Shown here piece after piece: positions 26,879 to 37,532 of a stretch of DNA of 64,000 nucleotides; within the stretch, counting starts at the first letter, position 1, and every line of letters starts with the position of its first letter. Location: positions 5,152,001 to 5,216,000 of the forward strand of contig OY761556.1 of the NCBI GenBank assembly GCA_963664705.1, in the 5' to 3' direction. This stretch comes from Acidobacteriota bacterium (GTDB lineage Bacteria > Acidobacteriota > UBA6911). Below the pieces are notes generated by a model that was not told the DNA's origin, did not search any database, and worked only from the letters and a program-made list of their open reading frames with translations. A program made the position numbers and the translations under genes.

Positions 26879-28414
26879 ATGAAGATTACGACACGAATCG
26901 TATCCGGATATGGATTGCTGATCGCCGTCCTCGCGGCACTGGTCACTTACCAGGTGATCACGGTGAGAAAAATGCAGGCGATCAGCACGACGCTCTCACA
27001 GGTTAATTTCCGGAATGCACTCTCCTGCCTGACCGCCAGAAGCGATCTGGAGTCTGTCCTGGACTTCACGCGCAAATCATTTGGATCGGATGATCCCCGC
27101 TTTGCCAGCAAGCTGGAAGACTTTCAGGATGCATTCCGAAGAAGCCTCATGGAGCTTCAGACGCATGCGACATCGGATGACGAGAAGGTGGAAGTAAAAA
27201 AGCTGTCTCAACAGTGGGATTCCTACCTGGTGGATATGTCGCTGCTCCTGAAAAGTCCGCCGGAGAAAAGCGCGATTCTCCCGGTCAACCTGCAGGAAGA
27301 TCTGGAGAACCTGCGGCTGCAGGTCAACACGGTCTATGAAACCACGCGGCGCGTGATGTCCACCAAAGTCGCGGAATCGAAGAAAGCCGCGGATACCGCC
27401 GTGCTGGTGCTATGGATCGCAACTTTTGTCGCGCTGGCGGTCAGCGTTCTGGTGACACTGCTGATTGTCCGCTCTATCTGGAAGCCGCTGGCCCATTTGA
27501 CGGAAGGGACTCGCGCCATCGCCGATGGAAAGTTCTTTTACCGCCTGGACACGACGCGTAACGACGAGTTCGCTCAGCTCGCGCGCGACTTTAATAAGAT
27601 GACGCTGCGCCTGAACGAGCTGGACGAATTAAAGAAGGATTTTGTTTCGCACGTTTCGCATGAATTGAAAGCGCCGCTCGCATCCATGCGCGAGACTATT
27701 CAGATCATGCTGGAGGAAATCCCCGGCCCGCTTACAGAAAAGCAGAAGCGTCTGCTCGAGTTGAATCTTCAAAGCGGGACACGGTTGACCGCGATGATCA
27801 CCAACCTCCTGGATCTCTCGAAAACGGAAGCGGGGGTAATGGAGTACGAGTTGAAACGCCAGGACCTGCTTGCGCTGGTCCGAAACGCGATTGCGGAGCT
27901 GGAGGTGCAGGCGCAGGAAAGGCACATTCAGATCAAGGCATCGCTTCCGGAAATGCCCTTACTGGTTGATTGTGACAATGACCGCATTGTCCAGGTGCTG
28001 CTGAACCTGATCGGGAATGCCGTGAAGTTTTCCCCAAAGAATTCCGCGATCGAAGTGACCGTACAGAATGTGCAGGACATCCCGGAACAAACGCCGGAGC
28101 GCTGGCGCCGCCTGATCCGCGGCAAAAGCGAATGCGGGTATTTCGGCCTGGTGACGATTACGGACTCCGGTCCGGGGATTCCGGATCCGGACAAGGAAAA
28201 GGTATTTGAAAAGTTTCACCAGGTAAAGCAGGGAAAGAAGATAGCAGGCCAAGGCGTGGGTTTGGGCCTGTCCATCAGCCGGACCATTGTGCAAGCGCAT
28301 CGGGGAGCTATTTGGGTGGAAAACAATCCGGGCGGGGGCTGCCGGTTCAAGGTTCTGCTGGGCGGCGGTGCAGGATTCGAAAACTCCGGGCCGAGTTCAT
28401 CCAAACCGCTTTAA
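26879..28414 (+). CDS. Sensor histidine kinase (2 TM, HAMP; GlrK/QseE-like)
   Basis: SHELKAPL H-box, NAVKF, DSGPGI and GLGL. Confidence 0.93.
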   Translation: MKITTRIVSGYGLLIAVLAALVTYQVITVRKMQAISTTLSQVNFRNALSCLTARSDLESVLDFTRKSFGSDDPRFASKLEDFQDAFRRSLMELQTHATSDDEKVEVKKLSQQWDSYLVDMSLLLKSPPEKSAILPVNLQEDLENLRLQVNTVYETTRRVMSTKVAESKKAADTAVLVLWIATFVALAVSVLVTLLIVRSIWKPLAHLTEGTRAIADGKFFYRLDTTRNDEFAQLARDFNKMTLRLNELDELKKDFVSHVSHELKAPLASMRETIQIMLEEIPGPLTEKQKRLLELNLQSGTRLTAMITNLLDLSKTEAGVMEYELKRQDLLALVRNAIAELEVQAQERHIQIKASLPEMPLLVDCDNDRIVQVLLNLIGNAVKFSPKNSAIEVTVQNVQDIPEQTPERWRRLIRGKSECGYFGLVTITDSGPGIPDPDKEKVFEKFHQVKQGKKIAGQGVGLGLSISRTIVQAHRGAIWVENNPGGGCRFKVLLGGGAGFENSGPSSSKPL

Positions 28415-28498
28415 TCTCAGGGCGGAGAAATCCATCTTGCACTGGCATTTGCGCGCCGGCGGGAACAAAATAATCCAGTCCTATATGAGGTGCGATTA

Positions 28499-29071
28499 AT
28501 GCGGAGGGTTTTCCTGTTCCTGATCTTGGCGACCCTGGCATCCTGGGGTTGCCACAAGAAGCCTGCGGTCATTATTCCGCCCGCAGCGCCGGCCAAGGTA
28601 AATCCGCCCGTACCCAAAGCGGTGACGCCGCCTCCTGCCATTCCGCTCGAGCCCGCTCCCATTGAGAAGACTCTGACCTCTCCACCCTCCAATCTGGAGT
28701 TGGGAGATATGAATTTTCAGCTCGGCAATTACCAGTTGGCGATGAGGGAGTATTCGGCTGCACTGAAAAACAATCCCAATGCCAAGAACCGCGATCGAAT
28801 ATTGTATCAGCTGGCGCTTTCCCGCGCATTGTCCGGAGATAGCAACCGAGACTGGCGCCTGGCTGAAATAACGCTCCGCCGCCTGGTTGCGGAATTTCCC
28901 AAAAGCGCCTACAAAGACCAGGCGGAGTTGATCCTTGGTCTGCAGGCCCAGATTGAAAGGCTGCGGACGGATGTTAAAGAGCGGGATGAAAAAATCAAGA
29001 AGCTCAATGAAGAGCTGCAGGTGCTGAAGGATATCGATTTGCAGCGCCGCCCATCGAGACCCAAAGAATGA
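28499..29071 (+). CDS. TPR lipoprotein with C-terminal coiled coil (QseG/YfhG-like)
   Basis: Signal peptide with lipobox ASWGC, Pro-rich linker, TPR, LKDID tail; follows the kinase. Confidence 0.7.
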   Translation: MRRVFLFLILATLASWGCHKKPAVIIPPAAPAKVNPPVPKAVTPPPAIPLEPAPIEKTLTSPPSNLELGDMNFQLGNYQLAMREYSAALKNNPNAKNRDRILYQLALSRALSGDSNRDWRLAEITLRRLVAEFPKSAYKDQAELILGLQAQIERLRTDVKERDEKIKKLNEELQVLKDIDLQRRPSRPKE

Positions 29072-29098
29072 TCCCGTTTACGAATGGCGAGTGAAGCC

Positions 29099-29395
29099 TT
29101 AGAGCTTTTCCTCGACGCTCTTTATCTTATCTTCGATGGTTTGCTCTCTATCTGTCCTGGTGCCCAGCCGAACCGTCGTGCTGATTCGAGGAACGCCCAT
29201 TTGATGCAGGGTTTCGTGGCACTCCTTTATGGCTCGCATCACGTCATCCCATTCACCCTCCACATTTGTTCCATAGCCATGGAGGTGGGTTTTAAGACCG
29301 GCTCTGATGAGGATTTTCTCGCAGACCGCAATATACGATCCAAGACTGACGCCTACACCGATGGGCACTACACAAAAGTCCACGATCACGTTCAT
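29099..29395 (-). CDS. MTH1187-family thiamine-binding protein
   Basis: VVPIG..SL..YIA, GTNVEGEWD and RTDR motifs; GGAGG SD. Confidence 0.88.
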   Translation of the reverse strand: MNVIVDFCVVPIGVGVSLGSYIAVCEKILIRAGLKTHLHGYGTNVEGEWDDVMRAIKECHETLHQMGVPRISTTVRLGTRTDREQTIEDKIKSVEEKL

Positions 29396-29412
29396 CGCCA
29401 TCCCTCCGATCC

Positions 29413-29465
29413 AATTCGCCATTCGCCATTCGCCATTCGTAATTCGTAAGTCGTAATTCGTAATT
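29413..29465. repeat. Heptamer tandem repeat (ATTCGCC / ATTCGTA, about 7 units)
   Basis: Read directly from the sequence. Confidence 0.85.
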
Positions 29466-29471
29466 TTAGCC

Positions 29472-30041
29472 CTAGTGCCCTCCCCACGTAAATGTCACCG
29501 CACCGGTTGCTTCGAATATATTGACTCCGCCCTGCCCTGCAATATCTGCCGTCCTCCATCCGCGGACATCAAAACGCAGACCGACCGGACCCGCCAGGCG
29601 GTTGAGCTTTATTCCTCCTCCGTAATTCCCTGCGAATGTGGCATCAAATGGGTTGATTCCCGCATTCCAGGGTTTGATCAAGCCGACGCCTCCCGTGACA
29701 TAGGGGACAAAGTGGCTTATCGGGATATTCACAACAAGGTTGCTGCTATAGAGCAATCCCCGAATGTCGGATGCCTGCATCGGAAAGAGATCGGAGCTGA
29801 GGAGCTTTGGACTGAATGCAATATTCTGCTCAAAGCCAAGAAATTTCAGAAAGTCGAATTCCGCCCGGGCCCCAAAAAGACTCGTACCCCTGAATTTAAG
29901 ACTCTCCTGAACATTGTTAACCGTCAGATCTCCAGGGTTCAGATACCCTGCAAAAAGCGAAAACTGTCCAGCAGCTTTTGCCTGGCTCGCGCAGCAAAGC
30001 AGCCCTGTGAAAAGAACGCACCCGACAAGAAACTTCTTCAT
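29472..30041 (-). CDS. Outer membrane beta-barrel protein
   Basis: Signal peptide, PYVTGGVG, GGGIK, alternating strands and aromatic C-terminus. Confidence 0.75.
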   Translation of the reverse strand: MKKFLVGCVLFTGLLCCASQAKAAGQFSLFAGYLNPGDLTVNNVQESLKFRGTSLFGARAEFDFLKFLGFEQNIAFSPKLLSSDLFPMQASDIRGLLYSSNLVVNIPISHFVPYVTGGVGLIKPWNAGINPFDATFAGNYGGGIKLNRLAGPVGLRFDVRGWRTADIAGQGGVNIFEATGAVTFTWGGH

Positions 30042-30214
30042 GTTGCCTCCCAAGAATACTGGAACAAATGATTCCTGGGGACCAGCCCGGCGTCAATTCG
30101 TACTAATACCCAGGAGCGTGTCCAGGAACGTCCTGATCCCACCCGGCCGGGAGGCGCAAATTTCGCGTAATTCGTGGTGGTTTGGCTGCGCGGATCGATA
30201 TAATCCATGCACGT

Positions 30215-31564
30215 ATGAATGACAGGATCGGATTGCCTTTATCGAAGGCTTTGCGGGTTTGCCGTGGCGATATCGTCTCCTTCGTGGGGGGAGGCGGAAA
30301 GACCAGCTCGATGTTCCGGCTCGCGTCAGAACTGTGCTCCGCGGGGAAGCGTGTGCTTACCACGACAACCACTCACATCAGTGTGGATCAATCCCGCATG
30401 GCTCCGGCATCGATCGGATTGGATGAACTCGACTCCATGCAAGCAAAGCTGGATCAGTTTGGCCATTGTCTGCTGATCGGACCTCCGGATGGAAAGGGGC
30501 GCGTCCTGGGGCCGCCAGCCTCCTGGATCGGATCGCTTCGCGAGCGGGCGGATATTGATGTTATCCTGGTCGAAGCCGACGGCAGCCGGTCGAGGCCATT
30601 CAAGGCGCCCGGCGGCCATGAGCCTGTGGTTCCGGAATCCACGACGATTCTGGTGCCTATCGCGGGGCTCAATGCACTCGAAACGCCCTTGGATGAAGAT
30701 CATGCGCACCGTTCCGAAATCATCGCATCGATCACGGGACAATCGCCTGGAAGCCCGATTACCACATCCACGCTGGCGGCGGTACTACCTCATCCACAGG
30801 GTGGAGCAAAGCAGCTTCCCGCCGGAGCCAGGCTGATACCGCTTCTGAACAAGGCGGACTCCGAAACCGATCTTTCCAATGGGCGGGATGTTGCCGGCCG
30901 GATGCTCGCCAATACTTCCGTCGACAGCGTGATCATCAGTGCCATGATTCAGGATCCGCCGGTGCGCGAAATCCACGGAAAGACCGCGGGGATCATTCTG
31001 GCGGCCGGCATGTCGACGCGCTTCGGCAGGACAAAGCAGACTTGCCCCTGGAAGGATACCAATTTTGCCGCGCGGGCAGCACAGGTGGCTCTGGATGCGG
31101 GACTTGATCCGGTGGTCCTGGTGGTTGGGTGGGATGCGGAAAATGTGAAGCAGGCGGTTGACGGTCTTCCGGTGCAGGTTGTTTTGAATCCCGAGTATGC
31201 CTCCGGACAAAGCGCATCCGTGCGCAGCGGGCTGGCAGCAATGCCTTCCCGAACGGCAGCGGCGCTTTTTCTCCTGGCCGACCAACCGCTGATTACTCCG
31301 GAAATCCTGAGAGATCTTGTGCAGGCACACCGGCAAACGGCTGCACCCGCCTGTGTCCCGGTATTTGAAGGGCGCCGCGGGAATCCCGTCCTCTTTGACA
31401 GGAGCCTTTTCGGCGAACTGCGGGAATTGACGGGAGACGCCGGCGGACGCGTCCTGCTGGAAAAATACGGGAATGCCATTGTTTCCGTTCCGGCCGATCG
31501 AGCGGTTCTGGTGGATATAGATACGCCTGAGGATTATACAAGTCTGGAGGACAGACCCTCCTGA
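30215..31564 (+). CDS. yqeC: YqeC (selenium-dependent hydroxylase accessory protein) fused to a MocA-like nucleotidyltransferase
   Basis: VGGGGKTS, TTTTH, VEADGS..RPFKAP..HEP, then ILAAGMSTRFG, LADQP, GNPVLF and DIDTPEDY. Confidence 0.85.
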   Translation: MNDRIGLPLSKALRVCRGDIVSFVGGGGKTSSMFRLASELCSAGKRVLTTTTTHISVDQSRMAPASIGLDELDSMQAKLDQFGHCLLIGPPDGKGRVLGPPASWIGSLRERADIDVILVEADGSRSRPFKAPGGHEPVVPESTTILVPIAGLNALETPLDEDHAHRSEIIASITGQSPGSPITTSTLAAVLPHPQGGAKQLPAGARLIPLLNKADSETDLSNGRDVAGRMLANTSVDSVIISAMIQDPPVREIHGKTAGIILAAGMSTRFGRTKQTCPWKDTNFAARAAQVALDAGLDPVVLVVGWDAENVKQAVDGLPVQVVLNPEYASGQSASVRSGLAAMPSRTAAALFLLADQPLITPEILRDLVQAHRQTAAPACVPVFEGRRGNPVLFDRSLFGELRELTGDAGGRVLLEKYGNAIVSVPADRAVLVDIDTPEDYTSLEDRPS

Positions 31565-31598
31565 TTCGCATCGGGGACTCAAAACAAAGGGCTTGACG

Positions 31599-32984
31599 AT
31601 GACAAAGAACCTCACAATTTTTGAATGCCAGGGCTGCGGCTACAATTCCGCAAAATGGCTTGGGCGCTGCCCTGAATGCAGCAGTTGGAATTCTTTTGTT
31701 GAAGAAAGGCGGCCTAAGGGAGGAGATACGGCTGCCACTCGCAAAGGAGGATCCCAGGCGGTACGTCTGGGCGATGTCTCTACGGAAGAGGTCCCGCGCA
31801 TTGACACCCGGAACCCTGAATTCAACCGCGTCCTTGGCGGAGGCATCGTTCCCGGATCGCTGATCCTGCTTGGCGGAGAGCCGGGCGCCGGCAAATCGAC
31901 GCTTCTGCTTCAGATTGCCGGCAACCTCGAGGAGGAAGGCCGGCGGGTCCTATATATCTCAGGAGAGGAATCGGCCCAACAGATCAAGCTTCGGGCAGAC
32001 CGGCTGGCGGATCACTCAAAAACGGACAATCCTGCACAGGAAGTATCAAAGGATATTTATCTGCTGGCCGAATCCAACCTTGAAGCCATCCAGGCAGCGA
32101 TTGCGGATATCAAGCCATCGGCTATCGTGGTTGACTCCATACAAACTACTTTTTCCGAAACTCTCGAGTCAGCCCCGGGAAGCGTAAGCCAGGTAAGACA
32201 TGTGGCGATGCAATTCCTGAATATTGCCAAAAATGGCAATATTCCCATCTTTCTGATTGGGCATGTAACCAAGGATGGCAATATCGCGGGGCCCAAGGTG
32301 CTGGAGCATGTGGTGGACGTCGTTCTATATTTCGAGGGGGAGCGCCGCCAGAACCATCGCATTATCCGGGCGGTGAAGAACCGTTTTGGAGCGGCCAACG
32401 AAGTGGGGATTTTTGAGATGACCTCCCGGGGCCTGATCCCGACGGCAAATCCATCCAGCCTTTTCCTCATGGAAAGAGAGAATGTTTCGTCGGGAAGCGC
32501 CGTGGTCTGCGCACTGGAAGGAACGCGCCCGCTGCTGGTCGAAGTCCAGGCTCTGGTGGTCGCGACGCAATACGGTACCGGCCGACGCGTGGCAACGGGA
32601 GTGGATTACAACCGCATTTCTGTGCTGGTGGCGATGCTTGAAAAGCGCCTGGGAGTGCAGATGGCGGGAAGCGACATCTACGTAAATACCGCAGGAGGAC
32701 TGGAAATAGACGAGCCTGGATCCGATTTGGGCATATTCGCGGCCATCTTGAGCAGCCTGCGGAACCGGCCTCTGTCCAACCATACCGTTTTGCTGGGCGA
32801 ACTAAGCCTGTCGGGTGACATCCGGCCGATCAGCCAGATGCACGTGAGAGCGCGGGAGGCGGCTCTCATGGGCTTTCAGCGATGCATCCTCCCAGCCGGC
32901 AACCTGCCGCTGGTAGATCCTATTGAGGGAATCGAGCTTATACCGGCCCGTACCGTCGCCGACCTCTCCGACCTTATTTTCTAG
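31599..32984 (+). CDS. radA: DNA repair protein RadA/Sms
   Basis: C4 zinc finger, GEPGAGKST and KNRFG. Confidence 0.97.
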   Translation: MTKNLTIFECQGCGYNSAKWLGRCPECSSWNSFVEERRPKGGDTAATRKGGSQAVRLGDVSTEEVPRIDTRNPEFNRVLGGGIVPGSLILLGGEPGAGKSTLLLQIAGNLEEEGRRVLYISGEESAQQIKLRADRLADHSKTDNPAQEVSKDIYLLAESNLEAIQAAIADIKPSAIVVDSIQTTFSETLESAPGSVSQVRHVAMQFLNIAKNGNIPIFLIGHVTKDGNIAGPKVLEHVVDVVLYFEGERRQNHRIIRAVKNRFGAANEVGIFEMTSRGLIPTANPSSLFLMERENVSSGSAVVCALEGTRPLLVEVQALVVATQYGTGRRVATGVDYNRISVLVAMLEKRLGVQMAGSDIYVNTAGGLEIDEPGSDLGIFAAILSSLRNRPLSNHTVLLGELSLSGDIRPISQMHVRAREAALMGFQRCILPAGNLPLVDPIEGIELIPARTVADLSDLIF

Positions 32985-33427
32985 GGGCGAATCGAGGCAA
33001 CATCAGCCTTTTCTATGCTTTCCTTCAGGGTGTTCCTGATCTGATTTTGTTTGGATGCAAGCCGGTCCACGGCGTTTGCAGGAAAAACGGCAGCGAATGG
33101 CAGCGGGAAACCACCGCGAAGGCCCTGTTTCAGCACCCATTTATCCATAACTATTGATTGCATTTGTTTTCCTTCGGTCCGACCTCGAAATATGCTAAAT
33201 TCATTCAAGGTCTGGAGCTTTGCTTTTCTACTTCCCGAAGTATCAGGTGACGGTCCCCATCAAAAGCCTCCAGACGTTGATTGGAGGAACACAAAAAATG
33301 TACAACCTACTTTCAGCTGTCGATTGGAGCATCGAGAGCAGTGGGTGGGTGTTCTTCCTTGTTATCTGGCTTTTAATAATAATCAATTCCATTGATATTG
33401 AGTGGATCATGCTGAAGGAGTTCATCG

Positions 33428-34531
33428 ATGGATCTATGGATTATACGTGCACTCTTATTCGTGGCAATCCTGGTAAGCGGGTACTACGTCCGCCCCTTTG
33501 GTTCCAGTTTACCGCTGACGGTTTCGTTTAGCGCCGGGATAGGATTTATCATTCTTCTTGCGGAAATGCGGATTCGGAAGCTCTCCCTGAAGACCTTGCT
33601 GGGAGCGGCTTTGGGATCGATCATGGGCATTATCGGCGCCAGCCTGATCAGCATCGTGATCGGAAGAATGATTCTGGATCCCAAAACTGAAACTTTTGTG
33701 CAGCTTCTCATTCTGATCCTCATGACTTATGTAGGATTGGTGTCGGGAGCCAACAAAGGGGAGTATCTGGATCTGTCGTCGTTTGGAGGATTATTCAACG
33801 ACAACACGATTCGGAAATCGTCGAAGGTCCTGGATACCAGTGTCATTATCGATGGCCGCGTAGCCGACATCTGCAAGACCGGTTTCCTGGAGGGGACGCT
33901 TGTTGTCCCGCATTTCGTGCTTCGGGAGCTTCAGCAGATTGCGGACAGCGCTGATTCCGCCAAGCGGAATCGAGGCAGGCGCGGTCTGGATGTTCTCGAA
34001 AAAATCAAGGGAGTTCCCGGCGTAGCAGTTCAAATCGTTGAGAAGGACTACCCCGATGTCAAAGAGGTGGATCTGAAGCTCATCGAACTCGCCAAGGAGA
34101 TGACCGCCAAGATTGTCACCAACGACTTTAACCTTAACAAAGTTTCGCAGCTTCGCGGTGTTGAAGTCCTCAACATCAATGAGCTCGCCAATGCCCTCAA
34201 ACCGGTTGTGCTGCCCGGTGAGACGATGAAGGTATTCATCCTGAAAGAGGGAAAGGAATACAACCAGGGGGTTGCTTACCTTGACGACGGCACCATGGTT
34301 GTGGTCGACAATGCCCGGCGCATGATTGGCAAGACCATCGCGACGCAGGTCACGTCCGTATTGCAGACAACCGCGGGCAAGATGATTTTTGGCCGGTTCC
34401 CGGAGGAAGCGGAAGCTGCCGCCAATGCTCAAGCCGCCAGACCGGATCGCCGTCCGTATGAAAAGCCGCCGATCGCGAATCGTCCCCCCATCGCGGAAAT
34501 TGACGACAAAGAGCGCGTCAAAGGCCGATAG
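33428..34531 (+). CDS. PIN/TRAM domain membrane protein (YacL family)
   Basis: LDTSVIIDGR, TNDFNLNK and YLDDGTMVVV. Confidence 0.92.
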   Translation: MDLWIIRALLFVAILVSGYYVRPFGSSLPLTVSFSAGIGFIILLAEMRIRKLSLKTLLGAALGSIMGIIGASLISIVIGRMILDPKTETFVQLLILILMTYVGLVSGANKGEYLDLSSFGGLFNDNTIRKSSKVLDTSVIIDGRVADICKTGFLEGTLVVPHFVLRELQQIADSADSAKRNRGRRGLDVLEKIKGVPGVAVQIVEKDYPDVKEVDLKLIELAKEMTAKIVTNDFNLNKVSQLRGVEVLNINELANALKPVVLPGETMKVFILKEGKEYNQGVAYLDDGTMVVVDNARRMIGKTIATQVTSVLQTTAGKMIFGRFPEEAEAAANAQAARPDRRPYEKPPIANRPPIAEIDDKERVKGR

Positions 34532-34640
34532 AAAGCTCCTGCATCCGCAATCTTGAAAACCGAAGGCTCCAGGATGTCCCTGGAGCCTTCGAGTCTTTCA
34601 GGTGTATGGTATTGTCCGAATGACTATGGAAGAACCGAAA

Positions 34641-35840
34641 ATGAAAATCACCGCCGCGGCAGTCATTGCGGCGGGAGGCACAGGAACGCGGATGCAGTCG
34701 AGCGTTCCGAAGCAGTTCCTGGATATTCTGGGAAAGCCGGTCTTGTTCCACACCATCGAGCGCATCGCTTCGCTGGATGAGGTCACCGAGATTATCATCG
34801 CGCTCCCTCCCGAGCATATTCCGCAAGCCATGGCAATCGCCCGGCAGATCCCCATGCGGGCGGAAGTGCGCTGCGTTGCCGGAGGCGCCAGCCGGCAGGC
34901 GTCCGTTCACTGTGGAGTTGTCCAGGTAATTTCCGATCCGGACATTATCATGGTGCACGATGCAGCGAGGCCGCTTTGCAGCAAAGACCTGATCCGGCGC
35001 GTGCTCGAGGCGGCATGGGAAAAAGGAGGCGCCATCCCGGGCATCCCTGCGACGGATACCATCCAGCGCGTTTCGAAAAAGGGGAGGGTTCTGGCAACAC
35101 CACCACGAGAGGAACTCTACGCGATCCAGACACCGCAGGCATTTCACGCAGATATCCTGAGGTCGGCATTGGACAAGGCGCAGACCGCGGGGTTCCTGGG
35201 AACGGACGAATCGTCGGTTGTGCGCTGGGCGGGCCACTCCGTGGTGGTCGTTCCAGGCTCTCCAGACAATATCAAGATTACGCGGCCGCTGGACCTGGAG
35301 ATTGCCAGGATTCTAATCACGAATATAGGCTCGGAGGCACAAACTGTCATGGATCAATCGAAGCTTCGAATCGGACAGGGAATCGATTATCATCGACTGG
35401 TTGAGGGGCGGAAACTGATCCTCGGAGGTGTGGAAATCCCCTTCGAAAAAGGGCTGGAAGGACACTCCGATGCCGATGCCCTGTCACACGCGATCTGTGA
35501 TGCACTGCTTGGCGCCATCGCGCTCGGGGACATCGGCCAGCATTTCCCGGATACGGACGCCTCCAATCGTGGACGCTCCAGTCTCGAGTTTCTGCGGCTG
35601 GTTCGGGAGAAGATCGAAGCGGCGGGCTGGAGTATCGGGAATGTGGACGCAACGCTTCTGGTGCAAAAGCCGCGCATCATGCCGCATGCACCGCAAATGA
35701 AAATAAACATCGCGGAATCGCTCGGGTTGACGCCGGCGGATGTGAGCATCAAGGCGACGACCACGGAAGGGTTGAACGCGGAAGGACGCGGCGAGGGAAT
35801 TTCCGCTCAAGCCATCGCATTATTGTATTCGCGCGAATAA
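34641..35840 (+). CDS. ispDF: Bifunctional IspD/IspF
   Basis: AGGTGTRM..PKQF, HDAARP and QTPQ, then RIGQGIDYH and HSDAD in one ORF; start uncertain by a few codons. Confidence 0.93.
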   Translation: MKITAAAVIAAGGTGTRMQSSVPKQFLDILGKPVLFHTIERIASLDEVTEIIIALPPEHIPQAMAIARQIPMRAEVRCVAGGASRQASVHCGVVQVISDPDIIMVHDAARPLCSKDLIRRVLEAAWEKGGAIPGIPATDTIQRVSKKGRVLATPPREELYAIQTPQAFHADILRSALDKAQTAGFLGTDESSVVRWAGHSVVVVPGSPDNIKITRPLDLEIARILITNIGSEAQTVMDQSKLRIGQGIDYHRLVEGRKLILGGVEIPFEKGLEGHSDADALSHAICDALLGAIALGDIGQHFPDTDASNRGRSSLEFLRLVREKIEAAGWSIGNVDATLLVQKPRIMPHAPQMKINIAESLGLTPADVSIKATTTEGLNAEGRGEGISAQAIALLYSRE

Positions 35841-35876
35841 TCTTCAGGGCGCATAAGCTCAGAGAATTTTTAAAAT

Positions 35877-37406
35877 ATGACAACTTCATCAAGTTTTGAA
35901 AAACCGGTTCGTGTTCGTTTTGCTCCAAGCCCCACCGGCTATCTGCACGTCGGCAACGTGCGGACAGCCCTGTTCAACTGGCTTTTCGCCAAACGCTATG
36001 GCGGCAGCTTCATTCTCCGGATCGAGGATACGGACGCGGAGCGGAGCAAACCGGAATACGAAGAACAGCTCAAGAAAGACCTGCACTGGCTCGGCCTTGA
36101 CTGGAATGAAGGCATCGATCGCGCGGGCGAATACGGCCCCTATCGCCAGACAGAGCGATACCCGATCTACCAGAAATTCGCGCAGCAACTCCTGGACGAG
36201 AACAAGGCTTTCCGATGTTTCTGCACTGAAGAGGAACTGGAAAAGGTCCGGCAGGAACAGCTCGCGAGAAATGAAACACCGCGCTATTCGGGCAAATGCC
36301 GGCATTTGACGGCGGATGAAATCGGTTCCTACGATAAGCTGAAAGCCCCTTCTACTTTGCGCCTGAGAGTGCGGCCGGGAACCGTTGGATTTTCCGACAT
36401 GGTTTTCGGAAAAATTGAAATAGACACCGCGCAGATCAGCGATCCGGTGCTGCTGCGCAGCGACAACAGTCCAACCTACAATTTCTGCTGTGTCATCGAC
36501 GATGTCCTGATGAAGATCACCCACGTAATCCGCGGGGATGGGCACCTGTCGAATACGCACCGGCAGATTCTGGTGTACGAGGCGCTGCAAGCCCCTGTTC
36601 CCGAGTTCGCGCATTTGTCCACCATTCTCGGACCCGACGGACAAAAGCTGAGCAAGCGCCACGGCGCAACTTCGGTCAATGAGTTTTATCAGCAGGGCTA
36701 TCTGCCGGAAGCCCTGGCAAACTATCTCTCGCTGCTGGGCTGGTCTTCTCCGAACGAAGGACAGGAGGTCATGTCGCTGGAGGAAATCACACAACAGTTC
36801 GACCTGTCGCGAGTCCAGAAGAATCCGGCTATTTTTGACAACGCCAAGCTGAACTGGATGAATCGCACGTACATCACGAAAACTCCGGGTGAAGCTCTCG
36901 TAGAAAATGCGAAGCGCTTTTTTATTGAAGCCGGGCAGGTACCGCAAAATCCCGACGCCGAGACCATCGCCTGGCTCTGCCAGGTAATCGATCTCATCAA
37001 AACCCATGTGGATCACCTCGACCAGCTCCCAAACGAGACTCCGATCGTCTATGCATTCGATCCATCCCAGCTCGAGCCGGCCGTCCGCGAGCTTTTGCTG
37101 AAGGATGAAGGAAAGGCCGTGGCATTGGAATTCGCCAGGCTTGTAGAGGAGCAGGAACAGCTCACCACGGAAAAATATCGGGAAATTGTCGGGCAGGTAA
37201 AATCAACCACGCGTCAGAAAGGGCGCAACCTGTTCCACCCGATCCGTGCGGCATTGACGGGACGCGATTCCGGCCCGGAAATGGAAAAGCTGATTCCTTT
37301 GTATGAAAATGGGAGCCGTCTGGCCCTGCCCCGCAAAGTGATGTCCAGCCGCGAACGGTTGCGCGCCATTCTGCAAGCCGCCGGCATTTCGGACGCATCA
37401 AAGTAA
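35877..37406 (+). CDS. gltX: Glutamate-tRNA ligase
   Basis: RFAPSPTGYLHVGN, RIEDTD and KLSKR. Confidence 0.96.
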   Translation: MTTSSSFEKPVRVRFAPSPTGYLHVGNVRTALFNWLFAKRYGGSFILRIEDTDAERSKPEYEEQLKKDLHWLGLDWNEGIDRAGEYGPYRQTERYPIYQKFAQQLLDENKAFRCFCTEEELEKVRQEQLARNETPRYSGKCRHLTADEIGSYDKLKAPSTLRLRVRPGTVGFSDMVFGKIEIDTAQISDPVLLRSDNSPTYNFCCVIDDVLMKITHVIRGDGHLSNTHRQILVYEALQAPVPEFAHLSTILGPDGQKLSKRHGATSVNEFYQQGYLPEALANYLSLLGWSSPNEGQEVMSLEEITQQFDLSRVQKNPAIFDNAKLNWMNRTYITKTPGEALVENAKRFFIEAGQVPQNPDAETIAWLCQVIDLIKTHVDHLDQLPNETPIVYAFDPSQLEPAVRELLLKDEGKAVALEFARLVEEQEQLTTEKYREIVGQVKSTTRQKGRNLFHPIRAALTGRDSGPEMEKLIPLYENGSRLALPRKVMSSRERLRAILQAAGISDASK

Positions 37407-37532
37407 GGGTTTTCGGGGATTATTGAGCCGTCGGTTTCCAGGCAACTGCCGTGGAGCGTGGCTGCTTCCATGGCGCGGATGACACCGGGGCCATATTATT
37501 TGGTCAAGAAACCTGGTCGGGCAATGAATATC

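Noticed and set aside
32985-33427. Gene or RNA in the 440-bp gap between radA and the PIN/TRAM gene
   Set aside because: Short ORFs lack motifs and I see no convincing structure; left unannotated
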